Below are positions 1-12,823 of a DNA stretch of 64,000 nt, one piece after another. Where the stretch lies: contig NC_092379.1 of the NCBI RefSeq assembly GCF_030028105.1, positions 23,615,821 to 23,679,820 of the forward strand, given 5' to 3'. Every line of letters starts with the position of its first letter. The stretch's first letter is position 1. The notes beneath the pieces were generated by a model. That model worked only from the letters and a program-made list of their open reading frames with translations, made no database searches and had not been told where the DNA came from. Both the position numbers and the translations under genes were made by a program. Source of the stretch: Mobula birostris (taxonomy: Eukaryota).

Positions 1-553
1 GTCAAGACAGTTCTTCACTGGACATTTGCAGGCGATGGGACGTGGGGTTGTGAGAGACTGTGAGGGACTTTGAGATGGCCGAGATAGGGCAATGCAGTAA
101 ACTGCAGGGGCTGTATTAAAGATTTTGCTGACTAGGCAAATAAATACCAACAACCTCAGCAGCAATTAAAGAGGAGAAGTCTGCTATAATGGAAATAATA
201 TGCTCATAATTAGTTTTGAAATATAGCGGCCATTTTAACAAGTATTACTTTTCAGTGAATGAATGAGCTTACATTGGAATCATTTACCGCTTGCATTCTC
301 CATCCATTTTAACTTCCTCTTTTTATCTTCTCTTATATTATTTTCCTGCACATTTTTCTCTATCTCTGCAGGTCCACCGATCAACATAACCGTCATAACA
401 ATCGTTTCATATTGAACATGATTTGCAACACCCTCTGGGTTTGATTTAAGAGATAGAGCAGACAAATGACATTTTCCTACTTTTTATGAAAAAAAAACAC
501 ACAAATATGTTTTAAGCAAAATTGCTGCAAAATAACGATTGTTTCACACTTAC

Positions 554-616
554 TAGGTTCCACAATCAGTCTCGTTCCACTTCCAAATACCAGCTTGTCT
601 CCCGCTCCATAATTCA
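554..616 (-). CDS. TRAJ: TCR alpha J segment, intact
   Basis: NYGAGDKLVFGSGTRLIVEP; RSS CACAGTA(617)-12-ACAATAACA; donor GTAAGT. Confidence 0.92.
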
Positions 617-779
617 CACAGTACCTGATTCTCATACAATAACACCACTAGCCAATCCATGTTGTTTTTCTGAAAATCTCAGCACACAACGACCTCCTAA
701 CAGAAATATCTCTGGTCAATCTCTGGTCAATTAGAAATAATAAAGGATTTTTAAAAATTTGGAACCAAGAGTAACTTAA

Positions 780-834
780 TTGGAATTACAACGATTTTGG
801 TCTCTGATCCAAAAAATAGTCTGTAATTATTGTT
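780..834 (-). pseudogene. TRAJ: TRAJ pseudogene
   Basis: NNNYRLFFGSETKIVVIP (FGSE); heptamer CACATGG-12-ACATAAAAC; donor mutated to TTAAGT. Confidence 0.75.
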
Positions 835-1079
835 CACATGGAGACATTCACTCACATAAAACCTCTGTGCCATTACCAGTTGCTTTTTACCGTATACAGC
901 TAAATATTACTTTCATGCTGCAGATTAAGAGATAAAACTACTGACTACTATTGATGATATTAAGAGACTTACAGGAATTACGAATGAATCTTAAAATTAT
1001 TCATTATTAATCACATGATTATGAATGCTTTTAATATGTGCTTGTCATGATTTCATCAATCTGTCTATTTCTCTATATT

Positions 1080-1248
1080 AAAACAGAAAGTGCAGGGAAA
1101 ATTAACAGGCTTAGTGGCGTCTGTGGAAGCAGAACAGGAGTTATTTATAAGCTTGATCAAGAGCCTTTGACTTGAAACTTTATCTCTGCTTCTCTTTCCA
1201 TGGCTGGTGTCTGACCTGCTGAGTGTTTCCAGTATTTTATGTTTTTAC
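1080..1248. mobile_element. Penelope-like inverted-repeat element, degenerate, both arms
   Basis: Left arm aaacagaaagtgcagggaaa...ctgtggaagcaga is inverted relative to right arm tctctttccatgg...ctgacctgctgagtgtttccagtattttatgtttt. Confidence 0.6.
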
Positions 1249-2149
1249 AGTTACAGAGCTGGACAGCAGAGAAGCTAGTCCAATAGCCTAACATTTTTAT
1301 CCCTCCCTTTTGCCCGTCTATATTAATTCAATTTCCTGGCATGACCACCATATCTTATCACTTGCCTGTTAATATGTCTCTCTAAATGACACTACCTACG
1401 GGATTTTATTTCATTCCACCACCTCTTCTAGCAGTCATTCCAGATATCAATCACTGTGTGAAAAAAAATAATCACCTCCCCACAGAACCCCTATGAAGCT
1501 CCGTCCCCCACTTTAAACCCTCTCCCCATTGTTTTTGATGTCACGACCATAGGAAATATTTACTATTTACGCAATCTGTCACCCTCAGAATCTTATATAT
1601 CTCAACCAGAATTTGTGTTAACTAGTGTATATCGACTCTGTTTACTAAATGGATAGTTGAGTACTTCATGATACTTTATTGCCAACTTTAAGTTCTTACA
1701 GCAATTAACATTGTTGTATAGTCTTTGGTTTGCCAAGAATGAGAACATAATCATACTTCCTATGTTTATTGGTCGATACACTTAGGCTTGTTTCCATTCT
1801 CGTTTCCTGAAATTCTCATATGAAATTCCAAATAACCTTTCCTTATTTTGGGGATCTGGGCAGAGCTGGTCAATCAGCATTTATTGCCCTTGAGAAAGTG
1901 GCAGTAATTTAGAGCATGAGGGAAGCGTCTCTTGATAGGACAACACTCCGACCCATGAATTAGCCTGGGGATTTTCATTTGGACTGCTAATGACACTATA
2001 TATGTACATAATATTCCAGAAAACACCTCATTATTTCTGTAAAATTGAAACAAAATCGCCCTATTCTTAAACTTTAGTCAGATTCACAAGAAATAATAAA
2101 ATTTGTGTTCCTACTGAGCATCTGCCTTCTGTGATTTACACACTAGAAC

Positions 2150-2880
2150 ACCGAGAACCATCTGTATTATCCTCAATTTCTTTCTTTCCTGTTATTAATT
2201 CATCATCTTCGTTCTCTAGAGGTCCGACACAAACAGTATTTCCTTCTTCATGCTTATATATCGATAGAAACTCTTATTGCTTGATTTGTTATTGCGTGGA
2301 AGTTTTCTCTGAAAAACAAATTCGACCCTTCTGTGACCATTTTAGTCTTTCTTTGCTTGATCCTAAAGGAATCCTAGTTCTTTGGCCTACTATCAGTCCT
2401 TGCTATTTTGGATGCCCCATCCCTTAATTTTCGCATGATCCTAGACCTAATTTATGAACCAGATTTTGCATCTTTCTCAGGGTATCACTCTTTCTTTTTG
2501 AGTGTTATGGACTAATGTGTTCACCTTTTGACTCTCGTCATCAACCAAATCATCAACTTATGTTTCCACTCCATTTTCGACAACTCCACCACCACACTAT
2601 TATAATTGCTTTTCTTGAAGCCGAAGACAGTGTGATTGGTCCCGTCATGCTTTTCCTCAAACTGAACTTGGATCATGGTCACTACTTCTAGGAGATATTT
2701 CACCGCAAGTTCTCTTGAGGATTCTTCCCCACAGTTCATGATCAAATCTTACATTGCCTGTTCCTGGTAGGTTCTGTAGCATAGCGATCCCTGACGTAAT
2801 TCACAAATACCTTCTCTGCAATATCCTAGCCAATTCAGTTATCCCAATAAACACGGAGATTAAAACATTCCACGACAACT
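2150..2880 (-). mobile_element. CR1 LINE ORF2 relic (endonuclease-adjacent region)
   Basis: ORF 2521-2745 (...KKSNYNSVVVELSKMEWK...) resembles the CR1 ORF2 segment KGNYxxMRxELAKxDW; degraded. Confidence 0.55.
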
Positions 2881-3107
2881 GATGTTCACCCTATTTAGTG
2901 GTAGTGGCGGAGCAATCTATAGGCACCCAGAATCTGATCTTTCAATAGAACTTTCCGCAACTTTGCTTCGATCTGTCCTTCATATCGTTTTGTTCTTTCA
3001 CAATTCAATTAAAATATATATTGCGTGTAATGCATTTCATTTCTTCATAAACGTTAATTGTTTCCAATATTGTTAATTAGGCATTTATTACAGAGTACAT
3101 TACTTAC

Positions 3108-3164
3108 TTGGTGTCACGGTCAGTCTGGTACCAGACCCAAATGTTATTTCATAAGTACTAGACA
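3108..3164 (-). CDS. TRAJ: TCR alpha J segment, intact
   Basis: SSTYEITFGSGTRLTVTP; CACAGCA(3165)-12-ACAAAAACT; GTAAGT. Confidence 0.92.
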
Positions 3165-4309
3165 CACAGCATCAGAAAACCACACAAAAACTCAACACCG
3201 TGGCCAATGGAGAGATGAGTTTTATGGGATAAAGTTCTGAACGACTTTTACTGAAATATTCGTCTTTCTACAGAACCCCGTAACATCTATGCCGATTACA
3301 CTTAATGCAATTAGTATTCTATATGATATTGTAATACCTTAAGGGGGCCTGGGCCAAAGGTTCTATTAACACTTCTCATCTCCACAGATGCTGCCTGCCT
3401 GACCCGGTTTTCAGCATTTTTAATTTAGAATTCAGTTTTTCTTATTGAATATCTGTTTAACTAACAGTCCACCTATGCACTTGTTTATCTTCTCCTCTGT
3501 ACGTCTGTATGCTTGCTTGCAGCTATGCTTAACCTGTTTGATAGCCCGGTCATTTTCAGCAACAATGAAATACCAATTCCGAAAATAGGAAAATAACTCA
3601 CTGATACGCATTTTCTGAAGAATGTACATTAATTAATATGCTCCCTTCTTTAATTTGGGATATACAATAACATCTCTTGTCATTTGCGTATTTGCTAAAA
3701 TGTCCCATTTAGGACAAATAGCGAATGTTTTTCATTGAGTCAAGTGCTGTGAGACAGACTGGTTTTCTCCTCACCTACTTGGTCAAACAATTATTCATAA
3801 AATATACAACAGTACAACGCAGGAAAAGGCTAAAATGTTGTGCTGACCATCTAAAAAAAACAAATCAAAAACATCCAAACACTAATCCCTCCTACCCGCA
3901 CAATGTCGATATCTCCACTTCTTCCTTACATCCATGTGCCTATCTAAACGTCTCTTAAAACCGTATTTGCCACTATCACCATACCTGGTCCGGTTCCAAA
4001 TATTAACCCCAAAGTTTTTTTTCTTTGATCTAATTTTAGGAAACAACTTTAATCGCTTTCTGAGCTATTTAATTCCAGACCCAAAGCTGATTTGTACAGA
4101 ATTCCTGCTCGACTTAACTTCCACAAAAAGACTACAACTCAATAGAAATAAGAATTATCTTGCGCTCCAAACGAAATCACTGCCAACGTCTCTGTAGGAT
4201 TTAATATTCTCTATGTCAGAGTTTCACCTGTATCCATTATTTCCAGTAAAGTAAAATACGGGTGAAAATGAAAATTTTAATTCTTGCTGGTTCTCATTTT
4301 ATCAGACAT

Positions 4310-4530
4310 CTCCTCCTCCCCGTCACATGGGACTCCTCAGAATGCTGTTTTACTTCCGCATCCCAAGGATGTGCGAATCAGCAAGATGATTAGCTGCTGT
4401 AAGCTTCCCCTTGTGAAACTGGGAGCAAAATATTTGGGAATATGTGAGGTTACAAGGAAAATTATTCGGTGAATAGAATTGCTCTGTGAGCGGGCAGAAG
4501 CTCAGTGGGCCGATTGACCTTCTATGTCTT
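4310..4530 (+). mobile_element. tRNA-derived SINE (HE1-like) relic
   Basis: Contains ...cttccgcatcccaaggatgtgcg... core and ...gtgggccgattgacct.. 3' end shared with other copies in the window. Confidence 0.55.
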
Positions 4531-4609
4531 ATGAAAGTACACTTCTATTAATTCGCCTTCGGACTTTCACATCTTCGTTAACAGACCAATAAATTCAAAT
4601 CAATGACAG

Positions 4610-4695
4610 AAAAATAAAACACCCAACATGCCAGGCAGCATCTGTGGAGAGAGGAACCGCGCATATTTCAGGTCTGAGACCCTTTGTCAGAAGTG
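4610..4695 (-). mobile_element. Penelope-like element arm
   Basis: gccaggcagcatctgtggagagagg...tttcaggtctgagaccctttgtcagaag. Confidence 0.6.
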
Positions 4696-4931
4696 TGAAA
4701 GACAGAGGACAAGTTGTTCTTAATTTTCAGTGTGGGTGTGAGAGGGATATATCGGGCAACTGGAAGATGATGCTAGTTGTCTAACGCTTGGGTACTTCCA
4801 CCTTTTTCAGCAATGGGAAATAACATCTCATAGACTCTTTTCCTATTTGCTTAAACCTAGCATTTAGAATAAATTACACACGTTCGACTTTAATTATGAA
4901 GTAAGACAAAAATGGCTTTCTTGAAACTTAC

Positions 4932-4994
4932 TCGGTACAATAATCACTCGAGTTCCAGCTCCAAATATTATCTGTTGGCTGCCTCCAAAATTCA
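4932..4994 (-). CDS. TRAJ: TRAJ, intact (module type A)
   Basis: NFGGSQQIIFGAGTRVIIVP; CACAGTG(4995)-12-ACAAATACA; GTAAGT. Confidence 0.92.
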
Positions 4995-5374
4995 CACAGT
5001 GCCTGCCCCCCTTACAAATACACCTACTGGCCTTAACAATCTCCACTAGCCCTTTCCCAAATAACAATGCATTGATCGCAATACCCCCTAAACCTAAGAT
5101 GTGTGTTAGTCATCTGGTCTTTATTTTTATAAATAGTTTTAAAATATTTTTAATAACCTTCTCTTCCTGTGGACACCACCTCCAAGGCTGCCCCACTCTG
5201 CTGCTGAGTTCATTTCAAACCGAACATCCACAAAACAACCCAGAATGAAACAAGATTTATTTGCGCAATCGTGTTATAGTTGTGTTTGTTATTATTTCTC
5301 CTAAGACTTCTACGGAGCTTCGATTTTCAACATTTTAGTTTTGTTCTTCCTCATTTTTTAGTTGTTTGCTCGCC

Positions 5375-5570
5375 CCAACACTTCTGTAATGTGTTTCTCC
5401 CAGAGTGTTTTGGTTTTCTCCCAGATCCCAAGGATGTGCATTACGGTTAGGTGACTGGTATACACTGCTTCCTGCCGAATTACTGGAAAGTGGGGAGAAG
5501 TGGTTACAGGGAATATTTGAGAGCAAATGCAAATGGCCTCCCCTTAAGTCGTATGGAAAGAAATTCCTTT
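5375..5570 (+). mobile_element. SINE (HE1-like), part of duplicated module
   Basis: ggttttctcccagatcccaaggatgtgcattacggttaggtgactgg... Confidence 0.6.
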
Positions 5571-5614
5571 TGCCCATTCTCTACATCCTTATTGGCCCTC
5601 TAATAACTTTCATC

Positions 5615-5820
5615 CAAAAATGGAGAATAGCGGAAAACAAAACAGCGGGTCAGGCAACATCTCTGGAGAGAGAACTAGCGAACATTTCAGGTCGGAGACC
5701 CCTTGTTAGAACAGAGAAAGGGAGAAGACAGGATGGGTTTCCGTTTTAGGGATGGATTGGACAACAGGATGATGATGTTAGCTGCCTGACTTCTGAATGA
5801 CTGCAGTGTTTTCTGATTCT
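5615..5820. mobile_element. Penelope-like inverted-repeat element, part of duplicated module
   Basis: Arms cagcgggtcaggcaacatctctggagagaga / gctgcctgacttctgaatgactgcagtgttttctg; homologous copies near 15100, 17460, 20175 and 24455. Confidence 0.55.
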
Positions 5821-6268
5821 TTCTCCAATCTCACGCTTTCAGAGATATTCCCAGTGATTACACCATTCGTCCCTTATCAATTTTGCAACGTTAATCTGCT
5901 TTCTTTTTTTTTCATCCTCCCTGACTGAACTACAGTACCCTCAATTCCATAAATACGTAAGGATCATATTCCAAATGGGGCAATATTTATCTCCTATAAA
6001 TCAATCTGTATGTAAGGAGGCTTTCTCTGAATTTTCTACTAGATTAACAAACTATTTAGATATTTTGATATGTACTATCATATTGATATGGTGAACATCT
6101 CTTTAACTTTATGCATTTTTCTATCTTATCAAACCCTTGTACAGAGGTTACACACTGGACACACCTTTTCCTCTCAATCATGCATAATCTTTGCAATTTT
6201 CTTTGAATGCCAAGACTCTGATATTTGTCACCAAAGCAACATTTTTTAACACCGAAAGTCGAACTTAC

Positions 6269-6325
6269 TAGGTTCCACGTTCAGCTTGGTTCCAGATCCA
6301 AATGTTATGACATTGAAGGAATCCA
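6269..6325 (-). CDS. TRAJ: TRAJ, intact (module type B)
   Basis: DSFNVITFGSGTKLNVEP; CACAGTA(6326)-12-ACAGAAACA; GTAAGT. Confidence 0.92.
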
Positions 6326-6459
6326 CACAGTACTACACACCAGTACAGAAACATGCTTCTGGTCTCAGGTTCTACATACGCCACAGAGTCTTACATTCAC
6401 AAAGCACAATTACAGACCCTTCGGCCAGTATTGCATGCTGCCCATCAGATAAATATAAG

Positions 6460-7030
6460 ACAATAATACACAGGAACAGAATTAGGCCATTCGGCTCGTT
6501 GACCTTCCGCTATTTCATCATGACTGATTTATTATCCCCGTCAACCCCCTTCTCCCCGTGACCTTTGAAGCCCTTACTAATCAACACCTATCAACTTCAT
6601 CTTTAAATATGTCCATGGACTTGGCCTCCACAACCACCTGTGGCAATGAGTTCCACAGATTCACCACCCTCTGGCTGAAGAAATTCCTCCTCATCTCTGT
6701 TCTAAAGGGAAGCCCTCTAATTCCTAGGCTGTGCCCTCTGGTCCTAGATTCCCCATTATAGGAAATATCCTCTGCGTATCCCTTCCATCTAGGCCAATAT
6801 ATATTATGCAGGTTTCAATGAGACCCCCTTCTGCCGTTCCTCAGAACTTCAGCGAATACAGGCCCAGAGCCATCAAACGCTCCTCATGCGTTAAAGCTCT
6901 CATTCCTGGGATCATTCTCGTGAACCTCTTCTAGACCTCTCCAACGCCAACATATTCTTTCTTAGATAAGGGGGACCAGAACTGCTCACAATATTCCAAG
7001 CAAGGTCTGATCAATACCTTAATAAGCCTT
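6460..7030 (-). mobile_element. CR1 LINE 3' end
   Basis: Reverse complement of the CR1 3' terminus (ggcaatgagttccacagattcaccaccctctggctgaagaaattcctcctc...). Confidence 0.85.
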
Positions 7031-7738
7031 AGCATAAAGTATTAAGCCTTATTATAACCTTCCACTCCTATTATCCTACACTTGATCCATAGCCTTCTAT
7101 GGAGTAGTGATTCAAGAGCCTGTCCACATACTTGTTAGTTTTGTAACTGCCTCCACCAAGTTCTCAGACAGACTGCAATCCCTCCCTGAGTGAGAGAGTT
7201 GGCTGGTAATAGTTGTCTCCTGTGTGTGGCTGAATGGCAGATTCTGGGGAGATGTGAGAGGAGTATTTGGAGCATGGATGGGATTTTGTGAGTTAAGTGA
7301 AACTGGGTAGTTGATGATCTACACAGGTTTGTGGACGAAAGGTCTGTTTCCTTGCTATATGACTGTCACTCATTGGGCATTGGCGACTCAAGTCCTTAAT
7401 TGCGCGAGAGTCCCTGTCACTATCACTTCTTCAGCAGTGCCTGCCAGATTACTACATACACTGCATAAATAGAATTTCTTCTTTGTACCCCATTTAAACA
7501 TTTACTGGTTACTCTAAGTCTATGCCCAAGTTATCATTATGAATTATGATTCACAGAATTCACCTAAGATTTTATTTGATGAATGAAATTAGTGTGGATT
7601 CAGTTGCTTCCATGGTTTTGGAGCACCTAATCATGTTATGAGAAAGCATAGATGACGTCCATTACCAACAGCATATCATTTGATCTGAATACCGAATGTG
7701 ATTAGAATCTAATAATGAATACTGTATTGATAACTTAC

Positions 7739-7801
7739 CAGGTTTAACAATAAGCCTTGTGCCGTTTCCAAACACTAACTTGTCGATCCCCCCGGAATTC
7801 A
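7739..7801 (-). CDS. TRAJ: TRAJ, intact (module type C)
   Basis: NSGGIDKLVFGNGTRLIVKP (seen in ORF 7662-7868); CACAGTA(7802)-12-ACAAGAATT; GTAAGT. Confidence 0.9.
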
Positions 7802-8093
7802 CACAGTAAATGAGCCCCTGACAAGAATTCATTTCAGTGGCTCCCCCCTTGTGCGCTATTGGCACCACATATTTATTTCAAACCTTAAAATAACTTCATC
7901 TATTTGGTCATTTTCGTTGCCTAGTTGAGGGAATAATTGGTTTCATATTTGGAGTAATATTCATTAAAAGTATAATGCTTACTAGGACCCTCAATTTATC
8001 AAATAACTCCTCAAAATACAACCACGGATTTCGAACTTTTGATACACTCTTGCACTAACTGGAGGGAAACGAAGTGAGATACTCAGCACTCAC

Positions 8094-8153
8094 TGGGCTC
8101 TGCAATCACCCTGTTGTCTCTTCCACAGATTAGCTGGTTGCTTGCATAATTCA
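8094..8153 (-). pseudogene. TRAJ: TRAJ pseudogene (type D)
   Basis: NYASNQLICGRDNRVIAEP (FGXG lost); heptamer GACAATG; donor GTGAGT. Confidence 0.75.
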
Positions 8154-8276
8154 GACAATGCTGAACACTTAGAAAATAAAACTTTGACAATCGAAGATTG
8201 GCTGATTGAAGCAATAATGTAGATAACTCCACGTTTTAGATACTTATATCATATATGTATTCAAAGCATAAGGAAT

Positions 8277-8400
8277 TATGCAGATGCTAGAAATCCATAG
8301 CAACATACACAAGATGCTGGAAGAACTGTGCAGATCAGGCAGCATCCGTGGAAGTGAATGTTTTGTGCCGAGACCCACCTTCATGACTGGAGCAATACAT
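8277..8400 (-). mobile_element. Penelope-like element arm
   Basis: atgcagatgctagaaatccatagcaacatacacaagatgctggaagaactgtgcagatcaggcagcatcc. Confidence 0.6.
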
Positions 8401-8766
8401 ACTGTGCACGTATTGAGCTGTTGTCAGCTGCTGTCCCTCACTTTCCCTACATCACGTTCTGTCTCTTTCTATCTGTCTCTCAAATTTTTATCTCTGCCTG
8501 TTAACCTGTCCAAACTCTCCAGCCACCCATAGCTTCCTTTAACAGGGGTGATAACCAGTTAATTACGAGTACAATGTTGGAACAATCCTGAAAACGGGGA
8601 ATTGGTTGGTTGTCCAGATTGTGCGGAAAACCGTGTTCTAAATTAAGATACAGCGGCCACATCTCATGGCATTGCCATATTTGCTGTAAGGCTGCAATTA
8701 GAATAAATGACAGTTATATTTAATTTCAATAGGAGTTGTAAGTATGATTGCTTTCTTAACACTTAC

Positions 8767-8829
8767 TTGGTACAACAATTACTCTAGTCCCCGTTCCAAA
8801 TATTAACTTCACGTTGCTAGCAGAATTCA
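8767..8829 (-). CDS. TRAJ: TRAJ, intact (type A)
   Basis: NSASNVKLIFGTGTRVIVVP; CACAGTA(8830)-12-ACAAATACA; GTAAGT. Confidence 0.92.
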
Positions 8830-9832
8830 CACAGTACCTGACCCCCTTACAAATACATCTACTGGCTTTAACCATGTCCACAATGCCTTCTTCTAAGAAA
8901 ATGAAATGTAGCGACAGCAACGCCCATTAAACCTCAGATTTTTCTCGTCAATCTCTTCGCCTTTGGTAAATAATGTTTAATTATTTTCCAGCTATTTAAT
9001 TCCTTTGAATCTGTGCAATCATGTTGCATAAATGTATTGAATTCCAGAAAATAATGCAACATAATTAAAAGTAAGCAAGATTTATCTGGGCTCTGGAAAC
9101 AAAATAACTGCCAGTGTTTGCACGTGATTTTCTGTCGTTTCAGAGTTTTCTGTGTATCTATGATTCCCAGCAAAAAGTTTATAGGTGAAAAATTGAGTAA
9201 CCTCTTCGCTGTTCACTCTCATTTGTTCAGAGATTCCCTCTCCCCCCACGGTGCACTTTCTCCAATCTGAGAAAGAGCGAAGACTAGTTAGCTTTAAGTT
9301 TTAGAGAGGGTCACGTAGTATGGATTGGACAACTGGAGGATGATGTCATTGTCTGAATTCCGTGGGTTTCTAAATTGTTTCTGATCTCACACTCTCAGAG
9401 ATATTCTCAACGACCCCACCATCCCTTCCTTATCCTCATCTGAAATTTTAACCGGTTTTCTCAGATTCCTCCTTCCAAAACTGATCTCATTACCTTCAAT
9501 TCCTTTAACACCCAACAATCACATTCAAAGTGATAGGGAAAGCACCTACAGGAGAGCATTTTTATATCTATATTTTCCAATGAATTAATAAGCCGTTGAG
9601 TTATTTGTTTTTTTTTACTACATTATCTAAATGTTGAAAAGCTCTTTAAGTTTAGGTTGTTTTGGTATCCCATCAATCCTTGCACTGTAGTCAACTACAA
9701 AGACACACCCATCCACTCAATCATTCCTAATCTCAACAATTCGCTTTAAATGAGTAGAACATGATATATATTAACAAAATAAAATTTGCAGTCTTCAGAA
9801 TTTCGACGCATCACATGATGAATTGGCCTTAA

Positions 9833-9861
9833 TGGGTTCCACCCTCAGTTTGGTTCCAGAT
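9833..9861 (-). pseudogene. TRAJ: 5'-truncated TRAJ relic (type B)
   Basis: Only SGTKLRVEP remains; RSS and 5' half deleted; donor TTAAGG. Confidence 0.7.
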
Positions 9862-10090
9862 TAGAAGCTATAGTTGCGAATTATCAATCATATACGTTCA
9901 AATATTCATCTTGCATTTTACCTGATGAATCAATTCAGTGCAGCCCGAGTTATCTTCCCGTATTACTGATACCTAAGTAGTTTATGACAAAATATAGCTG
10001 ACATCTATTGGTGTCTATTTCCCAGTTCATGTCAGGTTGCTCAAGTTACAGAATGGGATTGGAATCTAATTTTGAATATTGATAACTTAC

Positions 10091-10153
10091 TAAGTTTAAC
10101 AATAAGCCTGGTGCCGCTTCCAAACTCTAATTTGCTGAAGAGTGCAGAGACCA
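10091..10153 (-). CDS. TRAJ: TRAJ, intact (type C)
   Basis: VSALFSKLEFGSGTRLIVKL; CACAGTA(10154)-12-GCAAGAACA; GTAAGT. Confidence 0.85.
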
Positions 10154-10453
10154 CACAGTAAATGGCTCTTTTGCAAGAACACATTTCAATTGCTGCTCCC
10201 TGTGCACTATCGGCATGACATATTTAATTCCAGCAGTAAAATAACTTCATCATCTACTTCGTAATTTTGTTTGACAGTTTAGGATAACAGCTGCTTTTCC
10301 GATTTGAGGCACTGATCATTCAATGGAAAGTGTTATTGGGACCCACAATTTATCAACACTTGATGAAATTATGAGTAGAAGTTTCCAATTATTAACGCAC
10401 TCTTGTACTAACTCATGAAAATTACCAAAGTAGAACATAGATTCAGCACTTAC

Positions 10454-10513
10454 TGGGTTCCACAGTCACTCTGGTTCCACTTCCAAATATTAGTTTTGTG
10501 CCTCCAGCATCCA
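10454..10513 (-). CDS. TRAJ: TRAJ, intact (type D)
   Basis: DAGGTKLIFGSGTRVTVEP; CACAGTG(10514)-12-ACAAAATTC; GTAAGT. Confidence 0.92.
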
Positions 10514-10984
10514 CACAGTGTTCAACCCTCTTACAAAATTCTCCCTGCCTATCCAATATTGGCAGACTGTGTGAAACAATATTGCAGATGGATACTCAGT
10601 GTATCATATTTATTATATATATATTGTCTTCTATACTTCCGTCTGCGCACCTTCCTCTCTGTTCCTCGCTCTTATCTCCCCGCTCTTCCTCTCTCCCTCT
10701 CTCCAGCTCCATCTAAACGTATTAGTGTCTCCTCGTCTGTCTGCAGTTTTATTTAACTTGCAAACCTGGAGCAAAAACTCTGAAAATGCGAAAATAATTT
10801 TATGATAGAATGTATTAAGTGACATACTCTTTCTTGATGTGGGCCATTAAGAAACATAGTATATTACCTAACAGGAGATGAGGTTACATTTACATTTTTT
10901 CTGAAGTCTTGTTTTTAGAATTTATAAGATGGTTTGGAATTTTAATCAAGAATTCTAGGGAAGAATGGGTTTTTTGAAACTTAC

Positions 10985-11047
10985 TTGGTTCGACAATTAC
11001 TCGAGTTCCAGTTCCAAATATTAACTGCCAGCTGCCTCCAGAATTCA
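10985..11047 (-). CDS. TRAJ: TRAJ, intact (type A)
   Basis: NSGGSWQLIFGTGTRVIVEP (in ORF 10890-11123); CACGGTG(11048)-12-ACAAATACA; GTAAGT. Confidence 0.92.
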
Positions 11048-11619
11048 CACGGTGCCTGCCCCCTTTACAAATACATTTTCTAGTCTTAACAATATCCCCG
11101 TGGTTTTCTCCCAAATAATGCAATTCAGCGACCTCAATGACCCTGAAGTTTCATTTTTTCGTCAATCTGGCCTTAGTTTAGGAAGCAATTACAATAATTT
11201 TCACACCATTCAAATTCACTTCATTGCAGCCCAAGTTCCTACTCATAAAGTCACTAAGTTCCTGTTCAACTTAGTCTTCACACACAAATATATCATAATA
11301 AGAATACATGGTCCCGTACATGATTTATCTATGGGACCTAAAGGAAATAATTTTAATAGCTTGTGTGTGTTTTGTTTCATCTTCAGTGTTCCCTCTGTAT
11401 TTTTTTTTAATCCCGGTAACAGGTGTTTAGGTAACACAATAAAAATATATGGTCCCGTGATTTATCTATGGGCCCCGAGGGAATTAATGTGTAAGATTGT
11501 GTGCGATTTTATTTTCCCTCAGAGTGCCATCTGCATGATTAATTTCTATAAGCAGGTGACTAGGGTGAAAGATATTGATGTAACTTCTCTTGAATATGCT
11601 CGGGTAGTTCCCCCTTACT

Positions 11620-11840
11620 GTCCTATGGGTTTGATCGGGTTATCCCCAGTGTTTCCAACATCCCACAGATCTGCAGGTCGGTAGATTAGTTGATAGGTGT
11701 CAACTGCGCTGAATGATAATGGAAGGTAGAAGTGTTTGAAATTCTCGGAATAGAAGTCACAAGGAAAAACTGTGGAGGAATTTGATTGCTTTGTGAACGG
11801 CAGAGGTTCTTGTGCTGACTAGACTTCTTGAATGTCGTTT
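11620..11840 (+). mobile_element. SINE (HE1-like), module copy
   Basis: gtttccaacatcccacagatctgcaggtcggtagattagttg... Confidence 0.55.
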
Positions 11841-12421
11841 TGAAATAAATCCCCTTTGCCCTCTTTCTAGAAGGTTTACTTTCTTATTGACCTGATCAAC
11901 ACTTTAATTCAAAAACAGTGAACTGGGAAGCAAAAAGGCAAGCTGGGGTTAACTTCTGAGTGTTCCAAGCATTTTCTGATTTTTTTTTGTCCCCAAATTC
12001 ATCTTGTCGGAGACATTCCCTCTGACCCCTTCATCCCTCCGCAGCCACTCTGCGACTTTAACTTGTTTTCTCTTTTCACTTAACCACACCAGAAGAATTA
12101 CCCTTAAGTCAATAAATGCTGAAGAATCATATTTAAAGTGACAGTGGATATCTCCTATAAATCATTCTCTGGGTACAGAAGCTTCCTGTTAATTGAATTG
12201 GTTATTTATTATGTATTTTCATAGCACCACGTTTTGAATTTTCTTTTTAGCTTGCGTATTTATATCCATTTTATCAATACCTAGCATAGAAGTCACCCAC
12301 TCCGACAAACCTCATCTTCTGATCACTACAAGTTACTTTTACGGCACCAATATGACGCTGATCATCAAATTTCATTGTGAATTCCTGGCATGTGAGACAT
12401 TGCATAATAAACCAGACTTAC

Positions 12422-12478
12422 TGGGTTTCACCTTCAGTTTGGTTCCAGATCCAAATGTCAGTACATTCATGTTATTCA
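12422..12478 (-). CDS. TRAJ: TRAJ, intact (type B)
   Basis: NNMNVLTFGSGTKLKVKP; CACAGCA(12479)-12-ACAGAAACC; GTAAGT. Confidence 0.92.
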
Positions 12479-12761
12479 CACAGCACCACAGACTTGTACA
12501 GAAACCCCTCACCTAGTCCCAACTTCAACATTCATTCCATCTAGAACAAAACAGATCATTCAGCCATATGAATACATACTTATTTAAGTCCCCTTCCATT
12601 GCATCTGATGAATTAATGTTGGTAGAATGGTTTTCACGTGTTATAGCACTTATGAATTTAATGGTAAGATATCACTGAAATCTACTGTGATCCTTTACAT
12701 ATCCCATAATATATTGACCAGGATATAGAATTTCTTTAAACATCGATTTTGAATATTAACA

Positions 12762-12823
12762 CCTGAACAAGATAAAGAATTCTGGTGTCACTTCCAGCAT
12801 TAATTTGCAGAGCTCACCAGAAC
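12762..12823 (-). pseudogene. TRAJ: Degenerate TRAJ relic (type C)
   Basis: tctggtgtcacttcc matches cctggtgccgcttcc of the 10091 J at the syntenic module position; frameshifted, no RSS or donor. Confidence 0.5.

Noticed and set aside
685-712. Isolated CACAACG heptamer
   Set aside because: No nonamer and no adjacent J coding sequence.
967-1020. GTAAGT donor preceded by V-I-P codons
   Set aside because: Wrong phase, in-frame stops, no FGXG and no nonamer.
3970-4010. GLIFGTG-like J remnant (20-nt match to the 19413 J)
   Set aside because: There is no RSS or donor, and it is contiguous with a CR1 3'-end relic (ccatgtgcctatctaaacgtctcttaaaa...) whose consensus resembles this stretch; probably coincidence.
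11052-11684. Longest ORF in the track (210 aa, + strand)
   Set aside because: It starts inside an RSS and runs through a local duplication and a SINE, with no recognisable domain; it is a chance ORF antisense to the locus.
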